Assembly (NCBI RefSeq): GCF_001194135.2
Contig: NC_068982.1
Span: forward strand, 129,296,105 to 129,360,104
From: Octopus bimaculoides
Taxonomy: Eukaryota
Length of the DNA stretch: 64,000 nt
Reading direction: 5' to 3'
Both the position numbers and the translations under genes were made by a program. This document shows, piece by piece, positions 63,288-64,000 of this stretch (within the stretch, counting starts at the first letter, position 1; each line of letters opens with the position of its first letter). Under the pieces are notes generated by a model. It was given only the letters and a program-made list of their open reading frames with translations, was not told the origin of the DNA and did no database searches.

Positions 63288-63921
63288 TTTCCTATTTTAG
63301 ACAGTAGAGTCTGCTTTGATGATAATTTGGCTGCTAATTCTAGCAGACCCGGAGACCTGGTTGAACTAATCTTTCTTTTGGTTAAACATGAGGACCTAAA
63401 GCAGGACGGGAGATTGTTTCCAGATTACAAACTACAATCTGATCGAGTAGACATCACGCTATCCCAGCAAACGGGATGTATTGTATATCGTGACCTACAG
63501 GCATGTTTCAACAATGAGATATTCAACTGTATATATGTGTATGAGTGTGTTGGTGTGTATGTGTATATGTATATATGTGTGTGTGCATTGTATTTATACA
63601 AAGACGAGAAAGAAAGCTGCATTAATATATACCAGATGATAGTTCTGGTATGAATGTGAAGCAAACTTTTTGATTTATTTTCTTCCTTTTCGTGAAGGTT
63701 TAATATTTGTGTTAATAAGTAACACAGTATTTGGAGGACGTTTCATATCAATTTGTGTGTATGTGTGTATGTGTGTACCACAGGTTTATACACACACACA
63801 CACACACACACACAACTTTACATGTATTTACATAGATTAATAAACAAAGGAACAACTGCGCAATAGAACTATTTCGGCCACATTAATATATTAGATCTTT
63901 GAATGTTAATAATAATAATAA

Positions 63922-64000
63922 TAATACTTTCTATTATAGGCACAAGGCCTGAAATTTGGGGGAAGGAGTTAAGTCGATTACATCGACTCCAGTGTTTCAC
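63922..64000 (-). mobile_element. SINE family A 3' end, cut by the window edge
   Basis: (aat)n then ctttctattataggcacaaggcctgaaatttggggg. Confidence 0.85.

Noticed and set aside
63237-63653. 138-aa ORF with apparent acceptor at 63300
   Set aside because: It starts in a SINE B tail, 63290-63365 matches the old family D repeat, and the end is a (GT/AT) microsatellite; no recognisable homology

Overview
AT-rich, repeat-dense animal genomic DNA with ten N-gaps. It looks like an octopus (coleoid cephalopod) scaffold, judged from my recognition of the tRNA-derived SINE families and the microsatellite load; this is inference, not a database match. The only confidently identifiable host coding sequence is one intact 220-nt alpha-tubulin exon on the minus strand (8360-8579). 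It is in a frame missed by the supplied ORF track, has canonical splice sites and carries an unusual K40 loop ([12 protein letters not shown] instead of PSDKTIGGGDDSF). No other tubulin exons are visible in the window. The rest is a layered transposon landscape: at least three SINE families (about 40 copies or fragments), Tigger, mariner, Tc1, R4/Dong-like, CR1-like and L1/Tx1-like relics, two probable solo LTRs, and several MITE families, some with perfect TSDs. The most notable structures are a 518-bp near-perfect foldback downstream of the tubulin exon, a TIR/TSD-bounded MITE carrying (TTAGGG)3, a compound double-hairpin palindrome, and a nested SINE whose 3' tail appears to be borrowed from a LINE also present here. 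Family labels A-D are my own working names, and most repeat boundaries are approximate.
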